Position numbers and translations under genes: made by a program
Shown: positions 31,801 through 41,751 of the stretch, piece after piece
How the letters are laid out: each line of letters starts with the position of its first letter
How positions within the stretch are numbered: position 1 is the stretch's first letter
The notes under the pieces: generated by a model
What the model was told of the DNA's origin: nothing
Database searches by the model: none
The model's input: only the letters and a program-made list of their open reading frames with translations
Assembly (NCBI GenBank): GCA_028820655.1
Contig: JAPPIK010000021.1
Location: 30,113-94,112, forward strand
Source of the DNA: Candidatus Poribacteria bacterium
Lineage (GTDB): Bacteria > Poribacteria > WGA-4E > JAJDTR01
Direction of reading: 5' to 3'
DNA length: 64,000 nt

Positions 31801-31957
31801 GTGAAGCGTGTTCCAAGCATTCACGTTGTCGTTTGAGTCGCGCTTGTTCGGTTGGAACGATGAAAAGTACGGCATTTGCCTCGCCCATTTCAAATCGTTC
31901 ACGAATAGCATCGTCGATAGGGTGGGAAGTCTTCCCGTTGGTCAGAACCGTATGCAT
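28802..31957 (-). CDS. AddB/RexB-like PD-(D/E)xK nuclease-family protein with a C-terminal 4Fe-4S Cys cluster
   Basis: 1051 aa. RecB-family nuclease motifs GTIDRVE ... GDYTTG ... QLPIYLIV. Fe-S cysteines C...CRYCESKRIC (C-x2-C-x5-C). No adjacent UvrD/AddA-like helicase gene. Confidence 0.7.
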   Translation of the reverse strand: MHTVLTNGKTSHPIDDAIRERFEMGEANAVLFIVPTEQARLKRQRECLEHASRRSVAGLNVCTFDSFAKRLSEHACSQRPISRGLQMLLLREIVDGGQYPSLKSAANIPLPQRAATELLNRIIQLKTDGVDASQMRVNSADSAHNNLHTDKKTLSDIVALWEHYNAELGNQWIDCADVHRAIINRLVEDENRGNQLMRAGFPDVRLVVAEGVDISSRANLSILEGISRCPRLVMYVTFDWDAGNQVLFGHTDQIYNRFLEVGFQQVNESRNRPSRTTTWSQYFSRNLFGSRGRTHSSVKKLNVTDKITLVRTNDRVKEVEAAAELIKKRMLNGLFSDSHRICLTYFNLDRYARLISEIFPNYGVPYVMDDGIRLSTSRCVTGFFALLERIEESVSSSSEPVLLNTYFFIEDLATLIADCDFGEVMLPSEFSASVARLIQITRVRQQILNQVRAVDRNDCSSTMEKAICAFQNVEFLIAELMEFLITRYGDEQSYSLRSYIDKLKMMASETTGALTPKDSPGVSVLPLVHTKELDFDTVILGGLVDGEFPARIRQNTVPPSNQNLTVADSLREQRFLFYQVLNLFQDHLYLMAPASDNGIDLIQSPFINELQRNADISTDRANADVIFSPERLLAHYGKFVWAQSEDGFNHRTPLPFRITDPSSSIPAVLPVVEHSVRVEKSRSITRRLPQYEGRLILELLTESSRNALENLRDRIYSVRELESYGQCPFQYFTEHVLSEPEQGEVEDEDGPTSLGKGLRLHEILSEFYIQRCDKPAIANCTDLEFDEALKELKQVAEDIFSVCDPENLFWEVEMETIIGGKGKLGILPHFLIQERERDLELEPRYFEVGFGRGHSSTAGDATLSSSKPVKVGGVNLAGTIDRVEIGDRVFAVGDYTTGVNVPKIRSILEGRNLQLPIYLIVAEQLLKRRTLERFHAVGGIYYILHEKGRAELGLGDKDYNGIAFKASARNRQLLPGTTRSNSNPMSTDFDVEEDTFQSVIDQSVLFVSEYVSSISEGQFPLTPHDPKDVCRYCESKRICRIGAISDDDADR

Positions 31958-32485
31958 AAATCACACGCAAGAGCGGCAGGGGTATCAAGCAGGACACTGC
32001 GAGTTATTGACAGGGTTCGAATCGACTTTTCGGTACAACGGGCACCTTGAAAGGCTAATCACACATTACCCACAAGTTAAGACGTGGAGATTCACACGAG
32101 AGTGGTTGTTCAAAGCCCGTGCAACGCCGCTTCGTTTCAGCGGCAACCATGATTGGAAGTTTATCATCTCCCGCGAATCTCCGCAATAATTTTTGTGCGA
32201 GCGGGTTGCATGTTCCGCTTGTTTAACTGCATCGACCACTGTGAGACAGTGTCCTCGGGTTACTTGATCCAACTCCCCCTGCACATTCACTGGCTTGCGA
32301 TTGGCGTGTTCAACGTCGTTTCCGACTTGCCAGCGAAATCTGAACATCTATGGCGCAGACGAATCGTTGAGATTGACACTGGCCGACGACCGTTCTACAA
32401 TAGATAAAGCAGAATTGTGAGTTTAGGCTAGTAGGACACGGTTGTTGGGAACGTACAAAGTTGCTGAAATTGCCTCGGAGTCACC

Positions 32486-33277
32486 TTGATTTCAAAATGG
32501 ATTGAACCCCTCGTTACGTTCATTTTTCCGTCAGCGTGCCGTGAATGTGGAAACTTGATGGGGATCCCCCAAGTTCCATATATCTGCGGCGAATGTTGGG
32601 CGAAAATCGAATGGCTCGAACCGCCATGGTGCGAACATTGCGGAATTCCCGTACGTGATCAGAATAGCCTCGCATCTAACTCGACGATCACCTGTTCCGA
32701 GTGTCTGGCGAGTCCGCCATCGTACGGAAAGCTCCGGGCCACGGGTTTCTACGAACCAACTTTGCGTGAGGCTATACACCTCCTGAAATATGAAAGAAAA
32801 CAGGTTCTCGCGAAACAATTGATACGTCTAATGCAGTGTCATCTTCCCGGCGATTCATCGGGAGAGGACTACGATCTGCTGTTGCCCATACCATTGCACA
32901 GGAAACGACTCCGAAAACGAGGATTCAATCAGTCGGAGTTGATTGCAACGGGAGTGTCAAGAATTTGGAACGTACCGGTTCGAAAAGACATTCTGTTGCG
33001 AGTCAGAAATACGGTTGCACTCAGCACATTGGATTCTCAAGCGGAGCGAATCGACACTATAACGGGCGCTTTTGAGATACGCTATCCGGAATCGATTCAA
33101 GGTAAACGTCTACTATTGGTTGACGATATCTTTACGACCGGCACCACCATTTATGAAGCGGTCCGAGTTTTAAAACCGGCGAATCCGTCTATCATAGATG
33201 TATTGGTACTGTGCCGCACGAAGCCGCCAATTGGCAGACAAGCATCGCAGCACATATCAGCACCCTACAACACCTAA
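32486..33277 (+). CDS. comF: ComF-family protein (double zinc ribbon plus phosphoribosyltransferase domain)
   Basis: N-terminal CxxC...CxxC ribbons. C-terminal PRT motif LLLVDDIFTTGTT. Confidence 0.8.
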   Translation: MISKWIEPLVTFIFPSACRECGNLMGIPQVPYICGECWAKIEWLEPPWCEHCGIPVRDQNSLASNSTITCSECLASPPSYGKLRATGFYEPTLREAIHLLKYERKQVLAKQLIRLMQCHLPGDSSGEDYDLLLPIPLHRKRLRKRGFNQSELIATGVSRIWNVPVRKDILLRVRNTVALSTLDSQAERIDTITGAFEIRYPESIQGKRLLLVDDIFTTGTTIYEAVRVLKPANPSIIDVLVLCRTKPPIGRQASQHISAPYNT

Positions 33278-33591
33278 GAAAATTCAGTTGTTAAATTTCG
33301 TGCTCTCAACATTTGCGCAAGCACGGATATTCGTTGATGACGGAAAGTTTGTGATCGAAAGGGAATAGCCGAAATGAAAATATGTTTGACGAATGTATTG
33401 CTTTTGTGTGATAATTTCAACTAACTATTTCTAAATAACATCCCTGTTCATCACGTGATGATTTAGTAACAGAAGCTGTTGAGGATTGGGAGCTTTTTTT
33501 CAGGTCGAGGATCAGTCAGTTGTCTTCTGGTGGGCGAGTTGTTGCTCGCAACGCGGCAGGGGGAATGGAAACGAATTGGAGGATTCAGTGA

Positions 33592-34596
33592 ATGTCGGTA
33601 AGAGTTGGAATAAACGGTTTTGGTCGAATTGGACGCAATGTCCTCCGAGCCGCACTTCAAAATCCAGATTTGCCTGTAGATGTTGTTGCAATCAACGACC
33701 TGACTCAAGCGGATACACTTGCGCACTTGCTAAAATATGATTCGATACACGGAATATTGCCTGTTGAAGTTGATTCGTCTGACAAAGGACTTGTGATCAA
33801 TGGCAATTTGGTCCATGTGTTTGCGGAACGTACTCCGGGAAATCTTCCTTGGTCAACAGTCGGGGTTGATGTCGTAATTGAATCTACGGGATTCTTTACC
33901 GATCGAGAAGACGCCGAGGTCCACATCACCGAAGCAGGCGCACAAAAGGTGGTTATCTCCGCACCTGCCAAAGGGGCGGATCTCACGGTCGTGATTGGCG
34001 TCAACGATGACCAATATGAAAGGGAGAAGCATCACATCATTTCTAATGCCTCATGTACGACAAACTGCCTAGCGCCGCTCGCGAAGGTGCTGCATGAGAA
34101 TTTTGAGATTCTTAGCGGTTTGATGACAACGGTTCATGCGTACACCGGCGACCAGCGGGTACACGATTTTCCGCATGAGGATTTAAGGAGAGCCCGCGCT
34201 GCCACACTTTCAATGATTCCTACAACGACGGGGGCCGCTTCGGCCGTGGGTCAGGTGCTTCCCGAGTTGGACGGCAGGCTTGATGGCTTTGCCATTCGCG
34301 TCCCGACGGCGAATGTGTCTGTGGTTGACCTTACAGTCGATCTGGAGAAAAAACCGAGCGCCGATGTTGTCAACGCTGCTGTAAAACAGGCTTCAGAGCG
34401 AGAATTGAAGGGCATACTCGGGTATTCGGATCTTGATCTAGTGTCGAGTGACTTTAACGGCAATTTCCTCTCATCAATATTTGACGCTCCGTTTACAAAA
34501 GTCATAGACGATGGGTTGGTCAAAGTGTTGTCGTGGTATGACAACGAATGGGGTTACTCGAATCGTCTCCTCGAATTGGCAGCGCGGGTGCTTTAG
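33592..34596 (+). CDS. gap: glyceraldehyde-3-phosphate dehydrogenase
   Basis: INGFGRIGR NAD-binding motif and SNASCTTNCLAP active-site motif. Confidence 0.95.
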   Translation: MSVRVGINGFGRIGRNVLRAALQNPDLPVDVVAINDLTQADTLAHLLKYDSIHGILPVEVDSSDKGLVINGNLVHVFAERTPGNLPWSTVGVDVVIESTGFFTDREDAEVHITEAGAQKVVISAPAKGADLTVVIGVNDDQYEREKHHIISNASCTTNCLAPLAKVLHENFEILSGLMTTVHAYTGDQRVHDFPHEDLRRARAATLSMIPTTTGAASAVGQVLPELDGRLDGFAIRVPTANVSVVDLTVDLEKKPSADVVNAAVKQASERELKGILGYSDLDLVSSDFNGNFLSSIFDAPFTKVIDDGLVKVLSWYDNEWGYSNRLLELAARVL

Positions 34597-34614
34597 ATAG
34601 GAGACGATTGGTAC

Positions 34615-35370
34615 GTGAGAACTCCCATTGTAGTCGCCAATTGGAAGCTCAACAAGACCGTTGGTGAAGCCGTAGAATTTACATCCGCACTCAAGGGCAT
34701 GGTATCGGGGGTTGACGGCGTAGAGGTGGTCGTGACACCGGCATTCACGGCGCTGAACGCTGTGGCTTCGACATTGAGCGGGAGCAATATCCATCTCTCC
34801 GCCCAGGACGTTTTTTGGGCGGACAATGGCGCTTTCACGGGGGAGATTTCGCCCGCAATGCTCAAGGATGTCGGCTGCGAGTATGTAATAATCGGGCATT
34901 CGGAACGGCGTCAGTATTTCGGCGAGACAAACGAATCGGTCAATAAAAAGGTCAAAGCCGCGCTCTCTTACGACCTACGACCCATAGTCTGTGTTGGCGA
35001 AAGCCTTGAAGACCGGGAGGCGGGTCGCACGGAATCGGTAATCGATAACCACGTAAGAAACGGGATCGCGGGCATCTCACCGGAGGCGATGCAATCGGCA
35101 GTCATTGCTTATGAACCCGTCTGGGCAATTGGTACCGGTGTGACGGCAACGCCGGATCAAGCGCAAGATGCCCACCTAGTTATCAGGTCGTTGTTGTCGG
35201 AACTTTATTCCGTGGAATTGGCAGCCCAGGTACGCATCCAATATGGAGGCAGTGTCAAACCGGAAAACACCTCCGAATTGATGACGCAACCGGATGTGGA
35301 TGGCGCGTTGGTCGGGGGCGCCAGTCTTGAGGTCGAATCTTTTGCGGCGATCGCGAGATTGGCGGGCTAG
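34615..35370 (+). CDS. tpiA: triosephosphate isomerase
   Basis: ANWKLN and IIGHSERR motifs. GTG start with an AGGAGA RBS. Confidence 0.95.
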   Translation: MRTPIVVANWKLNKTVGEAVEFTSALKGMVSGVDGVEVVVTPAFTALNAVASTLSGSNIHLSAQDVFWADNGAFTGEISPAMLKDVGCEYVIIGHSERRQYFGETNESVNKKVKAALSYDLRPIVCVGESLEDREAGRTESVIDNHVRNGIAGISPEAMQSAVIAYEPVWAIGTGVTATPDQAQDAHLVIRSLLSELYSVELAAQVRIQYGGSVKPENTSELMTQPDVDGALVGGASLEVESFAAIARLAG

Positions 35371-35588
35371 CATTGAATAACTCAGCAGTTGACAACGCAA
35401 GTATATCGATAGACCGAGAGGAAATGCAATCCCGGATCGGGATGGTAGAAGTCTAGGCGTTTGGAACGGCATGAGGCTGCACACCCCAAGGGGATTGAAC
35501 GGGGATCAAGAACCAACACTAAAGATAGATTGGATAGACCGACCAGCTATAAATGTAGTGGTAGATTTGGTTCCTCTTAACAAATCTA

Positions 35589-36017
35589 TTGGTAGAAGGT
35601 TCCCCGATGTGTTTCGTTCGATTCCGCGATGTCAAAGAACGACTGAGAGAAAGATCGCTCCGTGACAACGAAGTGCTGCCTTATCTTCTTCTGGATTGCG
35701 TCGTGTATGCGTTACCCGGCGCCGCCGGTGAACATGGACTGATTCTGTTCCTCTGGAGGTTGATTATCGCCATTGGTGGCGTCATATATGTGTATAACTC
35801 CAACGGAGGCGCGTACGGGTTTGATTTGGTCCAAAAGTTCCTGATTTTGGGCTGGGTTGTCTTCTTTCGGTTTTTGCTGGTATTTCTACCAGTGTTCATC
35901 GTGTCGGTGCTACTCGGATTTTCGACGGCGACCCTCGGCGGTATGCTATTACTAATAACACTTGACATAATCGTGTATCAGCGTATTGGAAGACACATAC
36001 GCGATACGACACAGTAA
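35589..36017 (+). CDS. hypothetical integral membrane protein
   Basis: 142 aa with several hydrophobic helices. Lies between tpiA and secG. Confidence 0.4.
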   Translation: MVEGSPMCFVRFRDVKERLRERSLRDNEVLPYLLLDCVVYALPGAAGEHGLILFLWRLIIAIGGVIYVYNSNGGAYGFDLVQKFLILGWVVFFRFLLVFLPVFIVSVLLGFSTATLGGMLLLITLDIIVYQRIGRHIRDTTQ

Positions 36018-36141
36018 ATCTTGGTTGAAGAATGGTGTACCGAGAGTTATTGGTAACATAATTCGACCCAGATTCTCGACCGGATGGAACATTTTGTTCG
36101 AGATCACATAAGTAAAATCGTATTTTGGAAGAGAGAATCTA

Positions 36142-36564
36142 ATGGAAATCATTGTGGGGATCGTCGTAGTTCTTTTTGTTCCTGTGTGTGTATTGTTAAC
36201 GATAAGCATTCTTCTGCAAGATAGCAAGGGAGAGGGGCTTTCGGGGAGTGCGTTCGGCGCCTCCGAAATGCAATCCCTCCTCGGTGGGCAGGGCGCTGCT
36301 ACCTTCCTGTCCAAGTTGACTACGTACGTGGCGATTGCGTTCATGATCATCGCCCTATTTCTCATGCGCTTCTATGGCGGCGGAGACAGCGGCACACTTA
36401 CCCCCCTGGAAACGGAGACGGAACAGATTGAGGCATCCGCAGGCGGCGATGAAGCTAACATCGGTGAAAGCGACGAGGAGACGAGCCAAACGGGAGAGGG
36501 TGAAGAAACGAGTGAAGAGTCGGCGGGTTCTACTGAAGAAGAAACAGCGCCTTCCGATCAGTAA
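36142..36564 (+). CDS. secG: preprotein translocase subunit SecG with an acidic C-terminal extension
   Basis: Two TM helices flanking LLQDSKGEGLSG...FG. Canonical position downstream of tpiA. The acidic tail is rich in E, T and S. Confidence 0.8.
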   Translation: MEIIVGIVVVLFVPVCVLLTISILLQDSKGEGLSGSAFGASEMQSLLGGQGAATFLSKLTTYVAIAFMIIALFLMRFYGGGDSGTLTPLETETEQIEASAGGDEANIGESDEETSQTGEGEETSEESAGSTEEETAPSDQ

Positions 36565-36668
36565 GGTATCGGTTGAAGGCCGGCATGGGAGATTCATCCA
36601 ATCCGACCATGCTGGCATAGGAATTCTTTGAATGGAATTGTTCGCGTTACATCACTTTGTAAGCGTTC

Positions 36669-37106
36669 TTGCCGATGTCTGATGACCCCCTCCTTCAGCA
36701 TTCATGGACAGTTCATCCGCTGCGAGATAACTGGATTCGAACCTTACTTCTATTCGTTTTACTCGCACTCATATTCGCCGCGGTCCACCTGAGTTTTCAG
36801 TCTATAAGCGTCACCGTTCTTACAGCCCTCTGTATATCCTGTTCCTTGTACCGCTATTTCTTTCCCTCTCGATATGATTTTTACGAAGATCGGATCGAGG
36901 TTGTGTCCTTCTCACGCCGTTCCATGAAACCATGGTCCGATTTCCGTAGTTTCTATGCGGATCGAAACGGGGTATTGCTAAGTCCATTTTCACGACCGTC
37001 TCGATTGGAAAATTTTCGCGGCGTTTATGTGCGTTTTGGAAACAGCGGGCGCCTCGAGTTACTTGATTTCATTCGGCGAAAAGTCCAACCCGACAGAACC
37101 TCGTGA
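36669..37106 (+). CDS. hypothetical membrane-associated protein
   Basis: 145 aa with an N-terminal hydrophobic segment. No domain recognised. Confidence 0.35.
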   Translation: MPMSDDPLLQHSWTVHPLRDNWIRTLLLFVLLALIFAAVHLSFQSISVTVLTALCISCSLYRYFFPSRYDFYEDRIEVVSFSRRSMKPWSDFRSFYADRNGVLLSPFSRPSRLENFRGVYVRFGNSGRLELLDFIRRKVQPDRTS

Positions 37107-37163
37107 AGCGTCTACTCTTCTCCCCCATGATCCGAAAGCGTTCGTTTCGTTGCCGCCGTCACT

Positions 37164-37451
37164 CTACCGGCAAGCACAAGGCGTAGAATGGCATTTCGGA
37201 CATCCCCTCGCATAAATCTCTGCCGCTTCTTGAAGGTCTATGTCAAGTAAGTTGGCGAGCGTCGTGAGCCAAGCAAAGACATCGGCAAATTCCTCCCGAA
37301 TCCGTTCGGTCTGAAGTTCGTCGCGGCGGATTTCCTTTGCAAGTTCTCCCACCTCTTCCACAAACCAGACGAACGTATCTTCCACACCACGGGCGGCGTC
37401 TTGATCAAAGTAAATCTGCTCAATCAGTTTCTGAAATTCTCTAACGGTCAT
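37164..37451 (-). CDS. MazG-like nucleotide pyrophosphohydrolase domain protein
   Basis: EEVGELAKEI ... EEFADVFAWL motifs typical of the MazG/NTP-PPase all-alpha fold. Start taken at MTVREF. Confidence 0.7.
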   Translation of the reverse strand: MTVREFQKLIEQIYFDQDAARGVEDTFVWFVEEVGELAKEIRRDELQTERIREEFADVFAWLTTLANLLDIDLQEAAEIYARGCPKCHSTPCACR

Positions 37452-37494
37452 TGATTGGAAAAGGGCATGACATAGGCAGTCCGCCGGTAATCCA

Positions 37495-38367
37495 TCACCG
37501 AATCTTCTCAATTATTGCCAACAGATTCTTCATGCAAACTTGGGACGCAACTTCTCCAGTTTCAGAAAAGGTGCTGCCTCCAGGCCGATTGAGCAAACTT
37601 TCATCGAGTTTTCGTGCGGGACGCCAGTGGGTCTCCAGAGAGATGTAACCATCGTATCCATCGTCCAGTAACGCTCGAAGTTGGTTTTGCCAGTCAATCA
37701 CCCCTTCGCCGATCGCCACACACTCTATTTTACCTGTAGCGCTGTTTTTGGCTGAATCCTTTACATGGACATGAACCATCATGCGCTTCAATCGTTCATA
37801 GCCATCGGGATAAGGAGTTTCACCTAATCCTTCGGCGTGGAATTCGTTTGCCGGGTCCCAGACTACGCGGACATTAGGTGAATCGATCTCACTGACAAAT
37901 CGTTCCGTCATTTTGGCGGTTGCGAGAGAAGTGGAAGCCTCGTTTTCCAGCCCCAGGACGATCCCCTCGCTTTCGGCAATCTTCACCGGTTCATCATACG
38001 CAGCAACAATCTCGCTCCATCGCTCCTCAACGTCGTCCATGTACCAAAATGCAAACGTGCGAATCAGGTTCGCGTCAAACTCCTTGGCTAGGTCAATGCA
38101 CGCGTGCAGAATTCCGTGATGCTCATTGCGAGCATTCGTATCATCGATATCGCATTTGAGGAAAGGCGAAGCGATCCCGACGATCGAGATACCGGTGCCA
38201 TCCAAAACACGTTTCATTTGGTCAATATCGCGGGGTGTCAATGCTTGCGGCGGCTTGTTCCAGACGGACCGAATTTCAATCGCGCCCAGATTGAATTCTG
38301 CGGCAAAGTTCACAACGCTTTGGAAATCCTGAGAAACTTCGTCGCCTACAACACTGATTTTGAACAT
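37495..38367 (-). CDS. sugar phosphate isomerase/epimerase (xylose-isomerase-like TIM barrel)
   Basis: Family-typical length and the N-terminal pattern VGDEVSQDFQSVVNFAAEFNLGAIEI. Confidence 0.7.
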   Translation of the reverse strand: MFKISVVGDEVSQDFQSVVNFAAEFNLGAIEIRSVWNKPPQALTPRDIDQMKRVLDGTGISIVGIASPFLKCDIDDTNARNEHHGILHACIDLAKEFDANLIRTFAFWYMDDVEERWSEIVAAYDEPVKIAESEGIVLGLENEASTSLATAKMTERFVSEIDSPNVRVVWDPANEFHAEGLGETPYPDGYERLKRMMVHVHVKDSAKNSATGKIECVAIGEGVIDWQNQLRALLDDGYDGYISLETHWRPARKLDESLLNRPGGSTFSETGEVASQVCMKNLLAIIEKIR

Positions 38368-38381
38368 GGTTATCCCTTTTT

Positions 38382-39251
38382 CTAATTGTACGTATGTTCT
38401 TTGTCCGGAAACAATCCTCGCTTAACCTCTGACCTATAATGCGATACGGCACGCTTGAGATCCCTCCCCAAGTCGGCATACTTCTTGGCGAAGGTGGGAT
38501 TAAACTGATCAAAAAATCCAATCAGATCATGAAGGACTAACACTTGACCGTCACAAGCTGCCCCAGCGCCGATTCCAATTGTGGGAATGCGTAAGACACC
38601 GGTAATTTCTTTGGCAAGACGAGCCGGGATTCCCTCAAGCACGACGGCAAAGCAGCCGGCAGCTTGAAGCGCCTTCGCATCGTCCACAATCTGAACTGCT
38701 TCCGATGGTTTTCGACCATGTACCCGGAACGTCTCGCTTGTCTGCGGCAGCAAGCCCACGTGTCCGACCACGGGAATACCGTCGGCAACGATGGCTTTGA
38801 TGCTTTCCAGTTTCTTGCCCTCCGGTTTCACTGCGTCGGCCCCCGCATCACGAAGCATTCGGGCATTTTTTACCGCATCGGAAGGCGTTTCGTACGTGCG
38901 ATAGGGAAGATCGGCAATAAGAAGACATTCCGTGTTGCCGCGTGCAACGGCGCGCGTGTGATGAAGCATATCCGCCATCGTCACAGACCGGGTGTCTTCA
39001 AAACCCAGCACTACCATGCCAAGGGAGTCTCCAACAAGAATGACATCAAGTTCCGCCTCGTTGAGAACGCGGGCGGTTGGACAATCATAAGCCGTCAGCA
39101 TGGCGATTTTCTGATTTGCCTGTTTCATCGATTGAATAAATTCGACGGATTTCTTCATTTCGACAGTGCTGTCTATAGACTCCGATTCTACGAGAGTCGG
39201 AGGTCTGAATCGTGCACAACTCCCTTTTTTGATTGTGAGACCGGCTGCCAT
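38382..39251 (-). CDS. panB: 3-methyl-2-oxobutanoate hydroxymethyltransferase
   Basis: KIAMLTAYDCPTARVLNEAELDVILVGDSLGMV signature region. Confidence 0.9.
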   Translation of the reverse strand: MAAGLTIKKGSCARFRPPTLVESESIDSTVEMKKSVEFIQSMKQANQKIAMLTAYDCPTARVLNEAELDVILVGDSLGMVVLGFEDTRSVTMADMLHHTRAVARGNTECLLIADLPYRTYETPSDAVKNARMLRDAGADAVKPEGKKLESIKAIVADGIPVVGHVGLLPQTSETFRVHGRKPSEAVQIVDDAKALQAAGCFAVVLEGIPARLAKEITGVLRIPTIGIGAGAACDGQVLVLHDLIGFFDQFNPTFAKKYADLGRDLKRAVSHYRSEVKRGLFPDKEHTYN

Positions 39252-39270
39252 TTCCTATCGGGGCTGACTC

Positions 39271-41751
39271 TCATTTGAGAATCGCGATACGGCCAACGGT
39301 TTGCGCCTCATCGCCGTTAGAGATTGCATGAATCTTGGAAATATAAGTGCCGTTTGCAAGTGGTTCTCCTTCTTCATCCCTGGCATCCCACATTACTTCA
39401 TTATATCCCTTCTTGGCCGGCACGTTTTCAAGTCTGCGAATTCGACGTCCGGAGGAGGTATAGACTGAGATGGAGACCTCGTCGGCATCACGACTCAACT
39501 CGTAGGTTAAGGTTGCGTGATCTCGCGAGGGATTGGGGTGACTGTAGAAGGAACGAATTTCAATGGGAAGAATTTTCAGATCCGATTCAGTATCTTCAGG
39601 TCGAATGAGAACACTCGCGTCAAGATTCGAAAGCCACGCAATTTCGTCTTCAATCCGCTCAATCACGATCGCTTCAAGCGTGGTGTGGGAATAGCCAAAA
39701 ACCGGGACAAATGCCTCAATGGATTGAACAGCATGAAGCATGGACCTAGAGAATTCAATTCCGTTGTCAAGCTTGGTGCGTATCTGATTTTCCGTTCCAC
39801 CCTCATAACCGATCGTTACGGCTTCAATCAGATGTGTTCGGCTTTTGAAAAACAACAACCAGAGTTGCATGATGTGAGTTGTGTCGCTAAGATTGTCAGA
39901 CTCCATCTGAGAAGCGGGGATGGCGATCTTCCACGCTTTTCCCAGTTCATCCACTGCGCTCCGCTGCTGATCCAGTAATTTCACATGCCGCCCAGCGGCA
40001 TAGCGCGCCGCAGCAAGATTGGGAATTGAGAGAATATCTTCAACGGCACCTTTTCCGATTAAGTCCCAGAAGCGCGTAGCATATCCCCTAGATCCGTCGC
40101 CATATTTTCCCGTTACCGACCTTGAACCCGCGTAATCGCCAAAATAACTCGACAGAGTCCATGAGTTGATTCGTAATGCTTTCAGAACCAGCCGTGCGGC
40201 ATCTGATCCTACACGCGTCGTCAAATCGTTTTCAAGAAGCGACACATAGTCCAGATCAACATCCCAGTTCAATTTTGCGCTCAGAATTCGATCCAAACGG
40301 CCAAATCCTTGATGTGCTCCTTGAATGGTGAATCCACCCAAACCTATGGCTTCCGGGTTATTTGCGAGTTGGCGCACACCTTCCACGAACAAATCTCCTT
40401 CAAGCATCCATAAAGGCATGACTTCCTCGACATCATGCGAAAGTACGATGAAATGATGGCCCAGTTCGCCATATACGTCCAGTTGGGAAGTCGGAACCTC
40501 GGCATGAGGGACGGGTTCTCCATCAATACCCCACTTCTGTGAGAAAATCGTTCCTGCCGGCAACTGACGGATATAATCACGTTCAGGGTCCCTAAGCCAA
40601 CTGCTGTCGTATCCGGAGATGTAAAACTTGAAATCCGGGCGAACTTCACGTGCGGCGTCGATGAGAGAGAAATAAATTTGCCACAGGAGATGCTGCCCGC
40701 TTTCCGAGCGGTCACCGCACTCGGGACACTTGCAGGCTCGCGTCTCGTTTCCCCACGAACGAAGGTGGAATCCGGAAAGCGTCGGATAGGTGAATACAAT
40801 CTCCTTTACCAGTTTGCGGACAAGGTCGTGAATCTCGGGTCGAGACCAGCAAAAGGGTAGGTAAGACTCGCCGTTTCGCGAAGTTCCGTACGCCACCGTT
40901 GGTCCAAACAGATGTGGACGTTCCCGAATGAGTGCTTCCGTGGCTTCGCCGGTGACATACATAAAGAGGTAGGAATCGATACCTCTTCGATGAAGTGCGT
41001 CAAACCGCTCTCTCAGGGCGTGGATGCGATCCTGACGTTGCGCACGCGGCTCATCCTGCCAAACCTCAAATTCGTCGGCGGCGACATATTTGAATGCCGT
41101 GCCCAGCCCATCGTCAATTCCTGTGCCGGTCCAGACACCCTCCCCGCCGCTCATATTTATTCGATTCCTGGAGAGTAGAACTGGGTCATCAGTTTCCAAT
41201 ACTGCTCTTACCGGATAAAAAGGACGCGATTTCTCGTCAAGATAGGGTAGATTGAGATTTCGCGAGGGGATTACAAGGAAGTCGGGATGTACCGGGGAAA
41301 GGCCCGTTAAGGCTGTAATGCATGCCTCGACAAACGCATAGGCTCCATGGATAACCCCTCGCTCGGTGTTTGCACCGATGACAACGACAATTTCCCCGTT
41401 TGTCTCGACGGTTTTTATACCATATCCTTCCTTTCCAAGATCAGCGTCTATTTCTATCGATAGAGCTTCAATGGTAGGGTTCGATGCAAGCGTTCCGAGT
41501 ATGATGACAGTTTGTGTTGAAGTTGGCTCACGGTTTGTAACAATTGGTAGCTCGGCCTGAGTGAAATTGCGGACAAAGGTCTGAATCTCTTGGGCGGCAA
41601 ATCGTTCTTGGTCAGACGCGGCGGCTCCAATCTGGATAGATGCCATTGCTTGCCCAGAGCGAACAATTGGAATGCTCGCCGCTATCGTGAATCTTGAGGA
41701 GATGCACAATATAGTAAGCCCAAATATGAGATGGCAAATGGCACTTCTCAT
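39271..41751 (-). CDS. secreted putative glycoside hydrolase (GH20/GH67/GH115-like N-terminal domain) with a T9SS-type C-terminal sorting domain
   Basis: Signal peptide from Met-47 of the listed ORF. N-terminal ERGVIHGAYAFVE-type domain. C-terminal ~90 aa (FYSHPNPS...VSISVYTSSGRRIRRL...WDARDEEGEPLANGTYISKI) matches the T9SS CTD pattern. Confidence 0.65.
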   Translation of the reverse strand: MRSAICHLIFGLTILCISSRFTIAASIPIVRSGQAMASIQIGAAASDQERFAAQEIQTFVRNFTQAELPIVTNREPTSTQTVIILGTLASNPTIEALSIEIDADLGKEGYGIKTVETNGEIVVVIGANTERGVIHGAYAFVEACITALTGLSPVHPDFLVIPSRNLNLPYLDEKSRPFYPVRAVLETDDPVLLSRNRINMSGGEGVWTGTGIDDGLGTAFKYVAADEFEVWQDEPRAQRQDRIHALRERFDALHRRGIDSYLFMYVTGEATEALIRERPHLFGPTVAYGTSRNGESYLPFCWSRPEIHDLVRKLVKEIVFTYPTLSGFHLRSWGNETRACKCPECGDRSESGQHLLWQIYFSLIDAAREVRPDFKFYISGYDSSWLRDPERDYIRQLPAGTIFSQKWGIDGEPVPHAEVPTSQLDVYGELGHHFIVLSHDVEEVMPLWMLEGDLFVEGVRQLANNPEAIGLGGFTIQGAHQGFGRLDRILSAKLNWDVDLDYVSLLENDLTTRVGSDAARLVLKALRINSWTLSSYFGDYAGSRSVTGKYGDGSRGYATRFWDLIGKGAVEDILSIPNLAAARYAAGRHVKLLDQQRSAVDELGKAWKIAIPASQMESDNLSDTTHIMQLWLLFFKSRTHLIEAVTIGYEGGTENQIRTKLDNGIEFSRSMLHAVQSIEAFVPVFGYSHTTLEAIVIERIEDEIAWLSNLDASVLIRPEDTESDLKILPIEIRSFYSHPNPSRDHATLTYELSRDADEVSISVYTSSGRRIRRLENVPAKKGYNEVMWDARDEEGEPLANGTYISKIHAISNGDEAQTVGRIAILK

